DNA of 64,000 bases from Clostridia bacterium (GTDB lineage Bacteria > Bacillota > Clostridia > Oscillospirales > Acutalibacteraceae). Position 1 is the stretch's first letter. Each line of letters opens with the position of its first letter. The notes under the pieces are model-generated. The model saw only the letters and a program-made list of their open reading frames with translations. It was not told where the DNA came from and ran no database searches. Made by a program: the position numbers and the translations under genes. The stretch lies in the NCBI GenBank assembly GCA_022767925.1, contig JALENG010000033.1:16300-80299 (forward strand), in the 5' to 3' direction. Positions 20,084 through 30,730 of the stretch are shown piece after piece.

Positions 20084-21084
20084 TGAAAAGCGGAAATCTT
20101 GCTTTTTTTGTTCCACATTTGGGCTGCCCCTATCACTGTTCTTTTTGCGACCAGACCTGCATTACGGGGAACCGGAGAATGGTTTCAGCGGATGAGGTCA
20201 TCCGCACGGCCCGGGAGCAGGCCCAGGGCCCGGAAAACCGGGCAGCCCATACGGAAATTGCCTTTTTCGGCGGCAGCTTTACGCTGATTCCCCGGCCGGT
20301 CATGACAGAGTTGCTGGCAGCAGGTGCCTACTGTGTGCAGAATTTGGGGTATAAAGGGATTCGCCTTTCCACCCGTCCAGACGGAATTTCCCCGGAAATT
20401 ATCAAAACACTCCTTTCTTTCGGTGTAACCGCAGTAGAACTGGGTGCGCAGAGCATGGAGGATGAAGTGCTGCGAAAAAATGGCCGCGGCCATACGGCGC
20501 AGGATGTGGTGGATGCGGCAGGACAGATCCGCAGCGCTGGGATCGAGCTGGGGCTGCAGATGATGACCGGGCTGCCGGGGGATACGGCAGAGGGCGCGCT
20601 GAAAACAGCTGACAAGCTGTTGCGCTTGTCACCAGCTACCGTGCGGATTTATCCGACTATTGTGCTGCCGGGAACCCTCCTGGCGGATTGGTACCGGCAG
20701 GGAGCCTATACCCCTCAATCCTTAGAGGAAGCGGTTTCTCTGTGCGCCAGGCTGATTCCCCACTTTGAGGAAAACGGATGCCGGGTAATCCGGGTCGGCC
20801 TGCATGACGAGACCGGTGTCCGGGATCATCATCTGGCGGGGCCGTATCATCCCGCTTTCGGGGAGCTGTGCCGCAGCCGGATCTATCGAAACCGGATGGA
20901 AAAACTGCTTTTCTCCTTTTATCCCGCTGGTTCTTATACCGTTTTTGTGTCATGTCAAGATCTTTCGATCGCACTGGGGCAGAAAAAAGAGAATCTTGCG
21001 TATTGGAAAGATTTCCATTATAATTTGCATGTTGTTCCGGATACGGCTCTGCCGCGCGGAGAGTTTCGCATTTGTTCGATTTAA
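20080..21084 (+). CDS. radical SAM protein (Elp3-like core without an acetyltransferase domain), function unknown
   Basis: CxxxCxxC motif CPYHCSFC at residues 16-23. 334 aa. ATGA overlap with rnc. Confidence 0.75.
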   Translation: MMKSGNLAFFVPHLGCPYHCSFCDQTCITGNRRMVSADEVIRTAREQAQGPENRAAHTEIAFFGGSFTLIPRPVMTELLAAGAYCVQNLGYKGIRLSTRPDGISPEIIKTLLSFGVTAVELGAQSMEDEVLRKNGRGHTAQDVVDAAGQIRSAGIELGLQMMTGLPGDTAEGALKTADKLLRLSPATVRIYPTIVLPGTLLADWYRQGAYTPQSLEEAVSLCARLIPHFEENGCRVIRVGLHDETGVRDHHLAGPYHPAFGELCRSRIYRNRMEKLLFSFYPAGSYTVFVSCQDLSIALGQKKENLAYWKDFHYNLHVVPDTALPRGEFRICSI

Positions 21085-21108
21085 AAAAACAGAAGGGAGG
21101 GGCACGCC

Positions 21109-24100
21109 ATTTTTCTTACATCACTCGAGTTACAGGGATTTAAAACGTTTCCCGATAAAACCGTGCTGAATTTTGAAAAGGGGATTACCGCGGTCGTTGG
21201 CCCGAATGGAAGTGGAAAAAGCAATATCAGTGATGCCATTCGCTGGGTTTTGGGTGAACAGTCGGTGAAGACGCTGCGCTGTTCCCGCATGGAAGACGTA
21301 ATTTTTGGCGGCACCCCCGGACGGCGGGCGCAGGGATATGCGCAGGTTGTTCTGAATATTGAAAACAAGGACCGCGCACTGGCTTTTGACAGCGACATAG
21401 TCTCGATCACACGCCGGTATTATCGTTCCGGCGACAGCGAATACCTGATTAACGGGGCCAGTGTGCGCCTGCGGGACATCAACGAACTATTCATGGATAC
21501 CGGTTTGGGCCGTGATGGGTATTCCATGATTGGACAAGGGAAAATTGACAGTATTGTTTCCGCCCATTCTCAGGAACGCAGGGAAATTTTTGAAGAGGCC
21601 GCGGGGATTTCCCGCTTCCGTTATCGGAAAGAGGAATCCGAGCGCCGTTTGCAGAAGGCGGAGGAGAACCTTTTGCGCCTGGAGGATATCGCTTCGGAAT
21701 TGGAAAGCCGTGTCGGTCCTCTGCAGGAGCAATCCAAAAAGGCCGAGGAGTTTTTGGCGCTCTCGGATGAAAAACGGACTTTGGAAATCGGTGTGTGGCT
21801 TTCCACGCTCAATCAATCAGGCCGTGTTCTCCGCGAACAGACAGACCGCATCACCGCTATCCAGATGGATTACGAAGCGGCACAAAAAGAAGTGGAATCC
21901 ATGGCGGCTGCTCAGGAAGAGTGTTACCGTCAGATGAACCAGTGTACCTCTTTGGCTGAGCAGTACCGGCAAAAGGCTGCAGAGGCAGAAGAGGACGCCA
22001 CCCGCTCGCAGGCTACCGTTCATGTGTGGCAGAATGACATTGCCCATAACGAGGAGAATATCGCTCGCATGGATGCGGATATCCGGCAGGCGATGTTCCA
22101 CCGCGATGATATTGAAAAGGAGATCGCCGCAAAACTGGAGAGTGTGGAGGAAAAAACGCGGCGCCTGGAAGAGGAACGTACCCTGCAGTCCAATCTTTAT
22201 GCCGAGCTGGAGGAGATTCGCCGGCACATGGACGAATCTTCTGCGCAAAATCTGGATCTCACCCGTGCGATTTCCGATCTGCGCGTGGCATGCGAAGAAG
22301 AACGCACTCGCCAGGCCTCGGCAGAATCTGCCATTCGGGAGATTCAGGAGCGCCGTGGATCGACAAAAGAGGCGGTTCGCGTCCGCAGAGAAAGAGCGAA
22401 AGAACTGGAAGAGGAGTACCGGGATCACTGCCAGATGATAAAAGACACCCGCGACCACATCCAGGCCCTGCAAAATGCGGTGGACGGATATGAACTGCGG
22501 ATTGCTTCGCGCCGTGAGAAAGCTGAAGCAGCCAAAAAGGAGGCGGACCAGTTCTCTCTGGATGTGCAAGCCATGGAACGCCGGGTTCGCATGCTGGAGG
22601 ACATGGAGAAAAACCTGGAAGGGCTTAACCAAAGCGTAAAGGGGATTCTCCGTGAAGCACAGCGCGGAACACTGACCGGCATTCACGGTACGGTTTCCCA
22701 GCTTGTGCATGTGCAAAAGGTATACGCAGCCGCGCTGGAAACCGCCCTTGGTCCCGCCCTGCAGAATATCGTGACGGAAAATGAGCAGGATGCCAAACGG
22801 GCCATTTATTTTTTGAAACAGAAAAATGCGGGGCGTGCAACCTTTCTGCCCTTGTCTACCATTCATGGGAACGAGCTTCATGAACCCGGGCTGGAGGAAT
22901 GCCCCGGCTTTATCGGGATTGCCAGCGTATTGTGCGACTGCGATCCCATGTATAAAGAGGTTCTTCGCTCCCTTCTCGGCCGTGTGGCGGTAGCAGAAGA
23001 TCTGGACAGTGCAACCGCCATTGCCCGGCGTTTTCGGTACCGGTTCCGCATTGTCACCCTGGATGGACAGGTCATCAACACCGGCGGTTCTATGACCGGC
23101 GGTTCTATGGTGCGCAGTGCTGGTTTGCTCAGCCGCCGGTCTGAAATTGAACAGGCAGAAAAACAGGTGCACACGCTGAAAGCAAAAGCGGACCTGGCCG
23201 CCGCCCGGGCAGCGGAATGCCAGAAATCCTTTGCACAGGCAGAGGCGGACCTGCTCTCTGCCAAGAGTGAATACAATATGGCGCGCGAGGAACTGTTGCT
23301 GATTGAAGGAGAGCAAAAGCGCAATCAAACGGAATCCGAGAGCATCCAGCAGCAGATTCAGGAACTGGAACAAGAGCAGCTGTCCGGGGATTCCCGCATT
23401 CAGATGCTGGAAGAGCAGAAGGAGGAAGCACAGGCCCGCCTTCTCTCCCTGACCGAAAAAATGAACCAGCACCAGGACAAACTTCAAAGCCTAACCAAAA
23501 GCCGCGACGCCCTGAGTCTTTCCGGAGAAGAACTGAATGCGAAGCTGCAAAACAGCCGTATGACGATTTTTACCATTGAGAAGGACCGGGAGACCTGCAG
23601 GGAAGAGGTACAGCGCAATCGGGAGCTGCTGAAAGATCAGGCGCAGCGTCGTTCTGATTTGGAAAAAGACAAGCTCGCCCGCGAAAAGCAGATTCAGGAA
23701 CTGCGGGAAAAGATTGATGCCATGCATCATCATGTGGAGGATCTGCGCGCCGCCGCAGAAAAAAGCAGGGAAGACGCGCAGCATTCTCTGGAAGAGCGCT
23801 CAGCGGTTGAACAGAAAGCCGCCCAGCTGCGTGTACAGGAGCGCGCCATAAACGAAAAGAAGGAATCCATTGGCCATGAGTTGACCAAACTGACCGAGCG
23901 CAAAGAAACCCTGCAGAAGCAGTATGACGATATCATCAAAAAATTGTGGGATGAGTACGAGCTGACCCGCCGTGAAGCGGAGCAGATGGATATTCACATA
24001 GAAGATCCCAATGCGGCACAAAAACGGCTGCAACTTCTGCGCAGCAAAATCCGGACCCTGGGCACGGTAAATGTTGCCGCCATTGAAGAGTACAAAGAGG

Positions 24101-24678
24101 TCAGCGAGCGGTACCACTTCCTCACGGAGCAGATGGATGATATCCGCCGGTCCCGGGAGGAGCTGCTCCATTTGATCCGGGATCTGACAGGAAAAATGAA
24201 GGAGATTTTCGTTCAGCAATTCGCGCAGATCCGTCGGAATTTCTCCGAGATTTTCCAAAGCCTTTTTGGCGGCGGTTCCGCCGAGCTCTTCCTGAGTGAT
24301 CCCGAAAACGTGCTGGAATGCGGCATTGAAATTACCGCCCAACCGCCGGGGAAAATTGTGGCCCACATCGAGTCGCTCTCCGGTGGGGAAAAGGCGCTGA
24401 CAGCCATCTGCATTTACTTTGCCATTATGAAGGTAAATCCCCCGCCGTTCTGCATGCTCGACGAGATTGAAGCCGCCCTGGATGACGTCAACGTGGACCG
24501 CTTTGCTGCGTATCTTCGCCGCATGGCGGACCGCACACAGTTTATCGTGGTCACCCATCGCCGCGGCACCATGGAGGAAGCCGATACCCTGTACGGGGTG
24601 ACCATGCAGGACGAGGGAATTTCCAAGCTCTTGCAGCTGCAGCTGCATGACGCAGACCGCTATATTTCAAATCCGTAA
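21109..24678 (+). CDS. smc: chromosome segregation protein SMC
   Basis: Walker A GPNGSGKSN, long coiled coils, signature LSGGEKALTA, Walker B FCMLDEIEAALD. The conserved N-terminus LELQGFKTF lies upstream of the ORF-track GTG 21163. The only start-like codon behind the SD is ATT 21109. Confidence 0.9.
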   Translation: MFLTSLELQGFKTFPDKTVLNFEKGITAVVGPNGSGKSNISDAIRWVLGEQSVKTLRCSRMEDVIFGGTPGRRAQGYAQVVLNIENKDRALAFDSDIVSITRRYYRSGDSEYLINGASVRLRDINELFMDTGLGRDGYSMIGQGKIDSIVSAHSQERREIFEEAAGISRFRYRKEESERRLQKAEENLLRLEDIASELESRVGPLQEQSKKAEEFLALSDEKRTLEIGVWLSTLNQSGRVLREQTDRITAIQMDYEAAQKEVESMAAAQEECYRQMNQCTSLAEQYRQKAAEAEEDATRSQATVHVWQNDIAHNEENIARMDADIRQAMFHRDDIEKEIAAKLESVEEKTRRLEEERTLQSNLYAELEEIRRHMDESSAQNLDLTRAISDLRVACEEERTRQASAESAIREIQERRGSTKEAVRVRRERAKELEEEYRDHCQMIKDTRDHIQALQNAVDGYELRIASRREKAEAAKKEADQFSLDVQAMERRVRMLEDMEKNLEGLNQSVKGILREAQRGTLTGIHGTVSQLVHVQKVYAAALETALGPALQNIVTENEQDAKRAIYFLKQKNAGRATFLPLSTIHGNELHEPGLEECPGFIGIASVLCDCDPMYKEVLRSLLGRVAVAEDLDSATAIARRFRYRFRIVTLDGQVINTGGSMTGGSMVRSAGLLSRRSEIEQAEKQVHTLKAKADLAAARAAECQKSFAQAEADLLSAKSEYNMAREELLLIEGEQKRNQTESESIQQQIQELEQEQLSGDSRIQMLEEQKEEAQARLLSLTEKMNQHQDKLQSLTKSRDALSLSGEELNAKLQNSRMTIFTIEKDRETCREEVQRNRELLKDQAQRRSDLEKDKLAREKQIQELREKIDAMHHHVEDLRAAAEKSREDAQHSLEERSAVEQKAAQLRVQERAINEKKESIGHELTKLTERKETLQKQYDDIIKKLWDEYELTRREAEQMDIHIEDPNAAQKRLQLLRSKIRTLGTVNVAAIEEYKEVSERYHFLTEQMDDIRRSREELLHLIRDLTGKMKEIFVQQFAQIRRNFSEIFQSLFGGGSAELFLSDPENVLECGIEITAQPPGKIVAHIESLSGGEKALTAICIYFAIMKVNPPPFCMLDEIEAALDDVNVDRFAAYLRRMADRTQFIVVTHRRGTMEEADTLYGVTMQDEGISKLLQLQLHDADRYISNP

Positions 24679-24699
24679 TGCAATTGAAGGAGGTTGCTC

Positions 24700-25617
24700 A
24701 TGGGATTTTTTTCTAAAATTCGCGATGGCCTGAAAAAGACAAGAGAGAATATCAGCAACCAGATCAGCCAGATGCTCCATTCCTTTACCAAAATTGACGA
24801 TGATCTTTTTGAAGAGCTGGAAGAACTGCTGATTATGGGGGATGTGGGCATGAACAGTGCCGAACACATCTGTGAAAGCGTAAAAAAAAGGGTAAAGGAA
24901 ACCGGTGAGAAAGATCCCCAGGCAATTATGGGGCTGCTGCAGGAGACCGTTTCTGAGATGATCAGTGGAAACCAGGAACTGCAGATTGGAACAACCCCCT
25001 CGATTCTTTTGGTTATCGGAGTAAACGGTGTTGGAAAAACAACAACCATCGGAAAGCTGGCTTTCCGGCTGAAGCAGGAGGGAAAAAGCGTAATTCTGGG
25101 GGCAGCGGATACTTTCCGGGCCGCTGCGATTGAGCAGCTGCAGGTATGGAGCGAGCGGGCCGGTGTCCCCATGGTGGCGCACAGCGAAGGGGCCGACCCC
25201 GCCGCTGTGGTATTTGACACCATCGCCGCCGCAAAGGCACGCCATTGCGATGTGATTATCTGTGATACTGCTGGACGGCTGCACAATAAGAAGAACCTGA
25301 TGGATGAGCTGAGCAAAATCAACCGAATCATTGACCGAGAACTTCCAAACTGCGATAAAGAAGTACTGCTTGTGCTTGATGCGGCCACCGGACAGAATGC
25401 GGTCAATCAGGCCCGCGAATTTCAGAAAGCGGCGGGAATCACCGGAATCATCCTCACAAAGCTCGATGGCACTGCAAAGGGCGGTGTGGTCATTCCGATC
25501 CGGGAGGAACTGGGGCTCCCTGTGAAGTTTATCGGCGTAGGGGAGCAGGTGGATGACCTGCAGCCTTTCGACGCGGATGACTTTGCACGGGCACTGTTTG
25601 AGCGGCCGCAGGCATAA
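24700..25617 (+). CDS. ftsY: signal recognition particle receptor FtsY
   Basis: GVNGVGKTTTIGKLA, DTAGRL and TKLDGTAKGG motifs. GAAGGAGG lies 6 nt before ATG 24700. Confidence 0.93.
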   Translation: MGFFSKIRDGLKKTRENISNQISQMLHSFTKIDDDLFEELEELLIMGDVGMNSAEHICESVKKRVKETGEKDPQAIMGLLQETVSEMISGNQELQIGTTPSILLVIGVNGVGKTTTIGKLAFRLKQEGKSVILGAADTFRAAAIEQLQVWSERAGVPMVAHSEGADPAAVVFDTIAAAKARHCDVIICDTAGRLHNKKNLMDELSKINRIIDRELPNCDKEVLLVLDAATGQNAVNQAREFQKAAGITGIILTKLDGTAKGGVVIPIREELGLPVKFIGVGEQVDDLQPFDADDFARALFERPQA

Positions 25618-25630
25618 AAGGAGAAAAGAT

Positions 25631-26227
25631 ATGGAATATCGTACTTTTGTCATTGCCACGCATAACCAAAACAAAGTGAGAGAATTTCAAAGGATTCTGG
25701 CACCGCTGGGAATTACCGTGACAACCCCTGATCTTACCGAAGCGGAAGAAACCGGAACCACCTTTGCGGAAAATGCCCGGATCAAAGCGGACAGTGCCTG
25801 CAGGGAAACCGGACTGCCCGCCGTTGCCGACGACTCCGGATTGACCGTGGATGCGCTGAATGGCCGTCCGGGGGTTTATTCGGCCCGGTATGGCGGCCCC
25901 GGGGCCAGCGACGAGGACCGTGTTCAAATGATCCTGAAAGAGATGAGAGATGTTCCCGCCGGAAAACGGGGGGCCGCATTTGTCAGTGCCATTTGCTGCA
26001 CCTTCCCCGATGGGAGCCGCATTGAGGTGGAAGGAGAGTGCCATGGGCAGATTTCCGATTCTCCTGCCGGAACCGACGGTTTTGGATATGATCCGATTTT
26101 CCTGTTCGGCACGAGAACCTTTGCACAAATGAACGGAGAAGAAAAAGATGCCCACAGCCACCGGGGAGCCGCCCTGCGAAAATTCGCATGCGCTCTGGAG
26201 GCAAAAAGTAAATCCGAGGAGAACTGA
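25631..26227 (+). CDS. rdgB: non-canonical purine NTP pyrophosphatase (RdgB/HAM1 family)
   Basis: VIATHNQNKVREF and GFGYDPIF motifs. The ORF-track 5' extension overlaps ftsY. Confidence 0.88.
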   Translation: MEYRTFVIATHNQNKVREFQRILAPLGITVTTPDLTEAEETGTTFAENARIKADSACRETGLPAVADDSGLTVDALNGRPGVYSARYGGPGASDEDRVQMILKEMRDVPAGKRGAAFVSAICCTFPDGSRIEVEGECHGQISDSPAGTDGFGYDPIFLFGTRTFAQMNGEEKDAHSHRGAALRKFACALEAKSKSEEN

Positions 26228-26239
26228 AGGAGAAAAAGC

Positions 26240-26560
26240 ATGACAGTAACCAGTAAACAGCGCGCCTATCTGCGGTCTCTGGCCGCCAATATCGACACCA
26301 TCCTGATGGTCGGGAAAGCCGGCATCGGCGATGACCTGATGAAGCAGGCTGCAGACGCCCTGACAAAGCGCGAAATTATTAAAGGAAAAGTATTGGAAAC
26401 CGCTCCTGTCTCCCCGCGGGAGGCTGCCGAACAGATTGCGGTGGGAACGGAAAGCCTGGTGGTGCAGGTGATTGGCACAAAATTTGTTCTGTACAAGAAG
26501 AACGAGAAAGAGCCGAAAATTGTACTGCCCCGCGCTCCGAAAGGCGCTGAGCAGGCATGA
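26240..26560 (+). CDS. yhbY: ribosome assembly RNA-binding protein YhbY (CRM domain)
   Basis: 106 aa. LTSKQRAYLRSLA..ILMVGKAGI..REIIKGKV. Confidence 0.85.
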   Translation: MTVTSKQRAYLRSLAANIDTILMVGKAGIGDDLMKQAADALTKREIIKGKVLETAPVSPREAAEQIAVGTESLVVQVIGTKFVLYKKNEKEPKIVLPRAPKGAEQA

Positions 26561-27162
26561 GCCGACGCATCGGTGTTTACGGGGGTTCTTTCAATCCGAT
26601 CCACAATGGTCATATTCACATTCTGCGGCAGTTTATTGCGCAATTGGGACTGGATCAGGTCCTTGTCATTCCGGATCGGACGCCGCCCCATAAGCCGGCG
26701 CCCGATCTGGCACCGGGTGAGGATCGCTTTCATATGTGCAGATTGGCCACTGCGGATATTCCGGGGGTCATGGTATCAGATATGGAACTAAACCGTACCG
26801 GAAAGAGTTATACCGCCGATACCCTGCTGGAACTGAAAAAACAATATCCCGCCGACCGGTTGATCCTGCTGATGGGAGAGGATATGTTCTGTACGGTGGA
26901 TCACTGGTATCACCCGGAGGTTCTTTTTTCCTGCGCGGCCCTGGCCGCCGCACCCCGGGAAGAGAGTATGAGCGAGGAGATTCAAAACCAGCTGTATTCT
27001 CTCCAGCAGCGGGGGGTCGAGTCATATATTTGTCCAATTCCGTTTCTGCCAGTGTCCTCCACCCAAATTCGCGATTTGTGCCGGGAGGGAGCCGATATTT
27101 CCGGCCTCGTTCCCCCGGCAGTGGAAGCCTATATGCGTGAAAAACATCTATATGGTCTATAA
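26557..27162 (+). CDS. nadD: nicotinate-nucleotide adenylyltransferase
   Basis: GGSFNPIHNGH and SSTQIR motifs. Confidence 0.92.
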   Translation: MSRRIGVYGGSFNPIHNGHIHILRQFIAQLGLDQVLVIPDRTPPHKPAPDLAPGEDRFHMCRLATADIPGVMVSDMELNRTGKSYTADTLLELKKQYPADRLILLMGEDMFCTVDHWYHPEVLFSCAALAAAPREESMSEEIQNQLYSLQQRGVESYICPIPFLPVSSTQIRDLCREGADISGLVPPAVEAYMREKHLYGL

Positions 27163-27181
27163 AACAGAGAAAGAGGGGACA

Positions 27182-27787
27182 ATGATGACCAAAAAAGAGA
27201 TCATCGCAAAATACACCCCCATAATCCGCCCTCATCTTTCTGAAAAGCGGTTTCAGCATTCGGTGAATGTGGCAAAAGAGGCCGGAAAGCTGGCGCAAAA
27301 ATATGGGGCCGATGTGGAAAAAGCGGTGACGGCGGGCATCCTCCACGATATTATGAAGGATACGCCCCCAGAGGAACAGTTGAAATTTATGGAGCAGTGG
27401 GGTATAATACTAACCGATGTGGAAAGGAATGCCCCGAAGCTCTATCATGCGATAAGTGCGGCCGGTTATCTGCAGTATGAACTGAATATAGAGGATCCGG
27501 AAATTCTGCACGCTGTGCGCTATCATACTACAGCGCGGGCGAATATGACACTGGTGGAAACCATCGTGTTTTTGGCTGATTTTATCAGTGCGGACCGCAC
27601 CTATTCCGGTGTGGAGCACATGCGGGAAAAGGCATACCGGGATCTGTACGATGCGGTTGTGGAGGGTCTCGCTTTTACCATTGCGGATCTGGCCAGCCAC
27701 CGTGCCCCTGTGCATCCGGATACCGTTGCGGCATTCAATCAAATTCTGCTGCAGCATGGTTCACACAAGAAAGGAAAATCATTATGA
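27182..27787 (+). CDS. yqeK: HD-domain protein YqeK (bis(5'-nucleosyl)-tetraphosphatase type)
   Basis: RFQHSVNV..HDIMKD HD motif. Conserved position after nadD. Start 27182 or 27185. Confidence 0.85.
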   Translation: MMTKKEIIAKYTPIIRPHLSEKRFQHSVNVAKEAGKLAQKYGADVEKAVTAGILHDIMKDTPPEEQLKFMEQWGIILTDVERNAPKLYHAISAAGYLQYELNIEDPEILHAVRYHTTARANMTLVETIVFLADFISADRTYSGVEHMREKAYRDLYDAVVEGLAFTIADLASHRAPVHPDTVAAFNQILLQHGSHKKGKSL

Positions 27788-28149
27788 CCCCCTGGGAAAT
27801 GACAAAATGGTGCGTGACCCTTTTGAATGAGAAAAAGGCGCACAATATTAAAGCGATTCACATCGAAGATATTTCTTCATTGGCGGACTACTTTGTTTTT
27901 GCCAACGGTACCAGCACCACACAGGTAAAAGCGCTGGCCGACCAAATCGAGATGAAAGGCATCGAAATGGGAGTAAAACCCCATCACATTGAGGGATACC
28001 AGTCAAACTCGTGGATCCTTTTGGATTACGGAACCGTTGTTATCCACATTTTTACGGAACAGGCCCGCTCTTTTTATGACCTGGACCGGCTATGGCAGGA
28101 CGGCGAAATTGTTTCGCTCGATTTCCTGCAGCATACGGATGTAGACTAA
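27784..28149 (+). CDS. rsfS: ribosome silencing factor RsfS
   Basis: 121 aa. [34 protein letters not shown]. Confidence 0.9.
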   Translation: MTPWEMTKWCVTLLNEKKAHNIKAIHIEDISSLADYFVFANGTSTTQVKALADQIEMKGIEMGVKPHHIEGYQSNSWILLDYGTVVIHIFTEQARSFYDLDRLWQDGEIVSLDFLQHTDVD

Positions 28150-28168
28150 AGAGGAGGGCTCTTTGAAT

Positions 28169-30583
28169 ATGATCGAAAAATATGAACCGAAACGAATCGA
28201 ACCCTATTGGCAAAAACGGTGGGAAGAAACCGGTGCTTTTCACGCGGTAAACGGTTCCGACAAACCGAAATTCTTTGCTATGATTGAATTTCCCTACCCG
28301 TCGGGACAGGGGCTGCATGTAGGACATCCCCGTTCCTACACGGCTATTGACATTGTGGCCCGTAAGCGCCGTATGCAGGGGTACAATGTGCTGTATCCCA
28401 TCGGATGGGACGCTTTTGGCCTGCCCACCGAGAATTTTGCCATCAAAAACCATGTGCATCCGGCAGCTATCACCGCACAGAATATCGCGCACTTCAAGGC
28501 GCAGCTGCAAAGCCTGGGTTTCAGCTTCGACTGGTCCCGTGAGATTAACACCACGGATCCCGAATACTATAAATGGACCCAGTGGATTTTCCTGCAGCTT
28601 TTCAAGAAGGGCCTGGCCTATAAAAGCAAAACGACGGTAAACTGGTGCACCAGCTGCAAATGTGTACTGGCCAACGAGGAAGTCGTCAACGGCAAGTGTG
28701 AGCGCTGCGGCAGTGATGTGGTACAGAGAGAAAAAAGCCAGTGGATGCTGAAGATTACCGCTTATGCGGATCGTCTGATCGATGATCTGGATCTGGTGGA
28801 TTACCCGGAGCGCGTGAAAACACAGCAGCGCAACTGGATTGGACGTTCTCATGGTGCCGAAGTTGATTTCCCCACCACGGCGGGGGACAAGCTGACCGTC
28901 TATACCACCCGTCCGGATACCCTGTACGGCGTTACCTATATGGTTATGTCGCCGGAGCATCCTTACCTGAAGAATTGGGCCGACAAAATTGAAAATCTGG
29001 AGGAAGTCCGCGCTTATCAGGAAGAGGCCGCGAAAAAGTCTGATCTGGAGCGCACAGCGGATACCTCCAAAGAAAAGACCGGCGTATGTCTGCAGGGCGT
29101 TACCGCCATCAATCCGGTAAACGGAAAAGAAATCCCGATTTTTATCTCGGACTATGTTCTGATTTCTTACGGTACCGGTGCCATCATGGCCGTGCCGGCA
29201 CATGATACCCGTGACTGGGCTTTCGCCAAAAAGTTCAATCTGCCCATCATCGAGGTGGTAAAGGGCGGAAACGTGCAGGAAGAAGCCTTTACCGATTGCG
29301 CCACCGGGATCATGGTGAACTCCGGCATTCTGGACGGCCTGTCGGTGGAAGATGCCAAAGTACGTATTAAAGAATATCTGACGGAAAAGGGAATCGGGCG
29401 CGATAAGGTCAACTTCAAGCTGCGCGACTGGGTCTTTTCCCGCCAGCGCTATTGGGGCGAGCCCATTCCGATTGTGCACTGCGATACCTGCGGTTATGTA
29501 GCCATGCCCGAAGAGGAGCTGCCGCTGCGGCTGCCCGAAGTGGAATCCTATGAAACGACGGATTCCGGGGAATCTCCTCTTGCCAATATGCTGGATTGGC
29601 GGAATACCAAGTGCCCATGCTGCGGCGGACCGGCTCTGCGCGAGACCGATACAATGCCCCAGTGGGCTGGATCTTCCTGGTATTTCCTGCGTTATACGGA
29701 TCCGCACAACACGGAGGCACTGGCCAGCAGAGAAGCTCTGGACTACTGGACCCCTGTGGATTGGTACAATGGCGGCATGGAGCATACCACTCTGCACCTG
29801 CTGTACAGCCGTTTCTGGCACAAGTTCCTCTATGATATCGGAGTGGTTCCCACTCCGGAACCCTATGCGAAGCGCACCAGTCATGGGATGATTCTGGGAT
29901 CGAATCACGAAAAAATGAGCAAATCCCGCGGCAATGTGGTCAATCCGGATGCCATCGTGGACGAATACGGCGCCGACACTATGCGTCTGTACGAGATGTT
30001 CATCGGTGATTTTGAAAAAGCAGCTCCCTGGAGCGATGAGGGCATTAAGGGCTGCCGCCGGTTTATCGACCGTTTCTATAATCTGCAGAACATCCTGCAG
30101 GAGGGAGGACTCCGCCCTGAGCTGGAGACCATCTTCCATCAGACCATCAAAAAAGTGGGCGAGGATATTGAAACGCTGAAGTACAATACGGCTATCGCGG
30201 CGATGATGACGCTGATGAACGCCGTTTATGACAGCGGATCGATCACCCGCGAGGAAATGAAGATTTTCACCCTGCTGCTGTGTCCCTTTGCCCCGCATGT
30301 CTGTGAAGAGGTGTGGTCCGTTCACCATCTGGGTGATGGGCTTTGCTCTCTGGCGACCTGGCCGGAATACGATGAAGAAAAGTGCCAGGAGGCCATGGTT
30401 GAGATTGTCGTGCAGGTAAACGGTAAGCTGCGCGGCCGCATGAAGGTGAGCGCGGACATTTCCAAAGAGGAGGCCCTCGAAGCTGCCAAGAAGGAAGAGA
30501 AGGTGGCGGCGGAGATCAGCGGAAAGAGAATTGTAAAAGAAATCTACGTTCCGAAAAAGCTGGTCAATATCGTGGCAAAATAA
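28169..30583 (+). CDS. leuS: leucine--tRNA ligase
   Basis: HIGH-type motif GLHVGHP and KMSKSRGN. About 804 aa. Alternative TTG start at 28163. Confidence 0.95.
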   Translation: MIEKYEPKRIEPYWQKRWEETGAFHAVNGSDKPKFFAMIEFPYPSGQGLHVGHPRSYTAIDIVARKRRMQGYNVLYPIGWDAFGLPTENFAIKNHVHPAAITAQNIAHFKAQLQSLGFSFDWSREINTTDPEYYKWTQWIFLQLFKKGLAYKSKTTVNWCTSCKCVLANEEVVNGKCERCGSDVVQREKSQWMLKITAYADRLIDDLDLVDYPERVKTQQRNWIGRSHGAEVDFPTTAGDKLTVYTTRPDTLYGVTYMVMSPEHPYLKNWADKIENLEEVRAYQEEAAKKSDLERTADTSKEKTGVCLQGVTAINPVNGKEIPIFISDYVLISYGTGAIMAVPAHDTRDWAFAKKFNLPIIEVVKGGNVQEEAFTDCATGIMVNSGILDGLSVEDAKVRIKEYLTEKGIGRDKVNFKLRDWVFSRQRYWGEPIPIVHCDTCGYVAMPEEELPLRLPEVESYETTDSGESPLANMLDWRNTKCPCCGGPALRETDTMPQWAGSSWYFLRYTDPHNTEALASREALDYWTPVDWYNGGMEHTTLHLLYSRFWHKFLYDIGVVPTPEPYAKRTSHGMILGSNHEKMSKSRGNVVNPDAIVDEYGADTMRLYEMFIGDFEKAAPWSDEGIKGCRRFIDRFYNLQNILQEGGLRPELETIFHQTIKKVGEDIETLKYNTAIAAMMTLMNAVYDSGSITREEMKIFTLLLCPFAPHVCEEVWSVHHLGDGLCSLATWPEYDEEKCQEAMVEIVVQVNGKLRGRMKVSADISKEEALEAAKKEEKVAAEISGKRIVKEIYVPKKLVNIVAK

Positions 30584-30600
30584 GTCCGCTTCAGAATTGA

Positions 30601-30640
30601 AAAGAGGTTTGTCTCCATACAGGAGGCAAACCTCTTTTTT
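30601..30640 (+). terminator. intrinsic terminator after leuS
   Basis: 13-bp stem GAGGTTTGTCTCC/GGAGGCAAACCTC, 5-nt loop, TTTTTT. Confidence 0.8.
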
Positions 30641-30670
30641 GTGCCCCAATTTGGTATTTGGAAAGCATTT

Positions 30671-30709
30671 AAAAAAGATCCTGTGGGGAATTTCCCCACA
30701 GGATCTTTT
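30671..30709. terminator. bidirectional hairpin terminator (serves the minus-strand dap operon)
   Basis: AAAAGATCCTGTGGGG / CCCCACAGGATCTTTT perfect 16-bp arms, flanked by an A-run and a T-run. Confidence 0.75.
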
Positions 30710-30730
30710 CATCTTTTAGTCAATAGAAAA

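Noticed and set aside
21817-23487. A 556-aa ORF antisense to the smc coiled-coil region.
   Set aside because: It is the mirror frame of smc (both 1 mod 3). Its repetitive L/Q/F-rich translation reflects the reverse complement of E/K/L-rich coiled-coil codons.
28150-28168. Expected T-box leader upstream of leuS.
   Set aside because: Only 13-19 nt separate rsfS from leuS, so leuS is co-transcribed and there is no room for a leader.
28052-30712. An 886-aa ORF antisense to leuS, longer than leuS itself.
   Set aside because: It is the codon-aligned mirror frame: both 28052 and 28163 are 2 mod 3. Stops can therefore arise only where the sense gene uses TTA, CTA or TCA. leuS simply avoids those codons. 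The translation is low-complexity (rich in G, R, H and P) with no SD or motifs. This is a codon-bias artefact.
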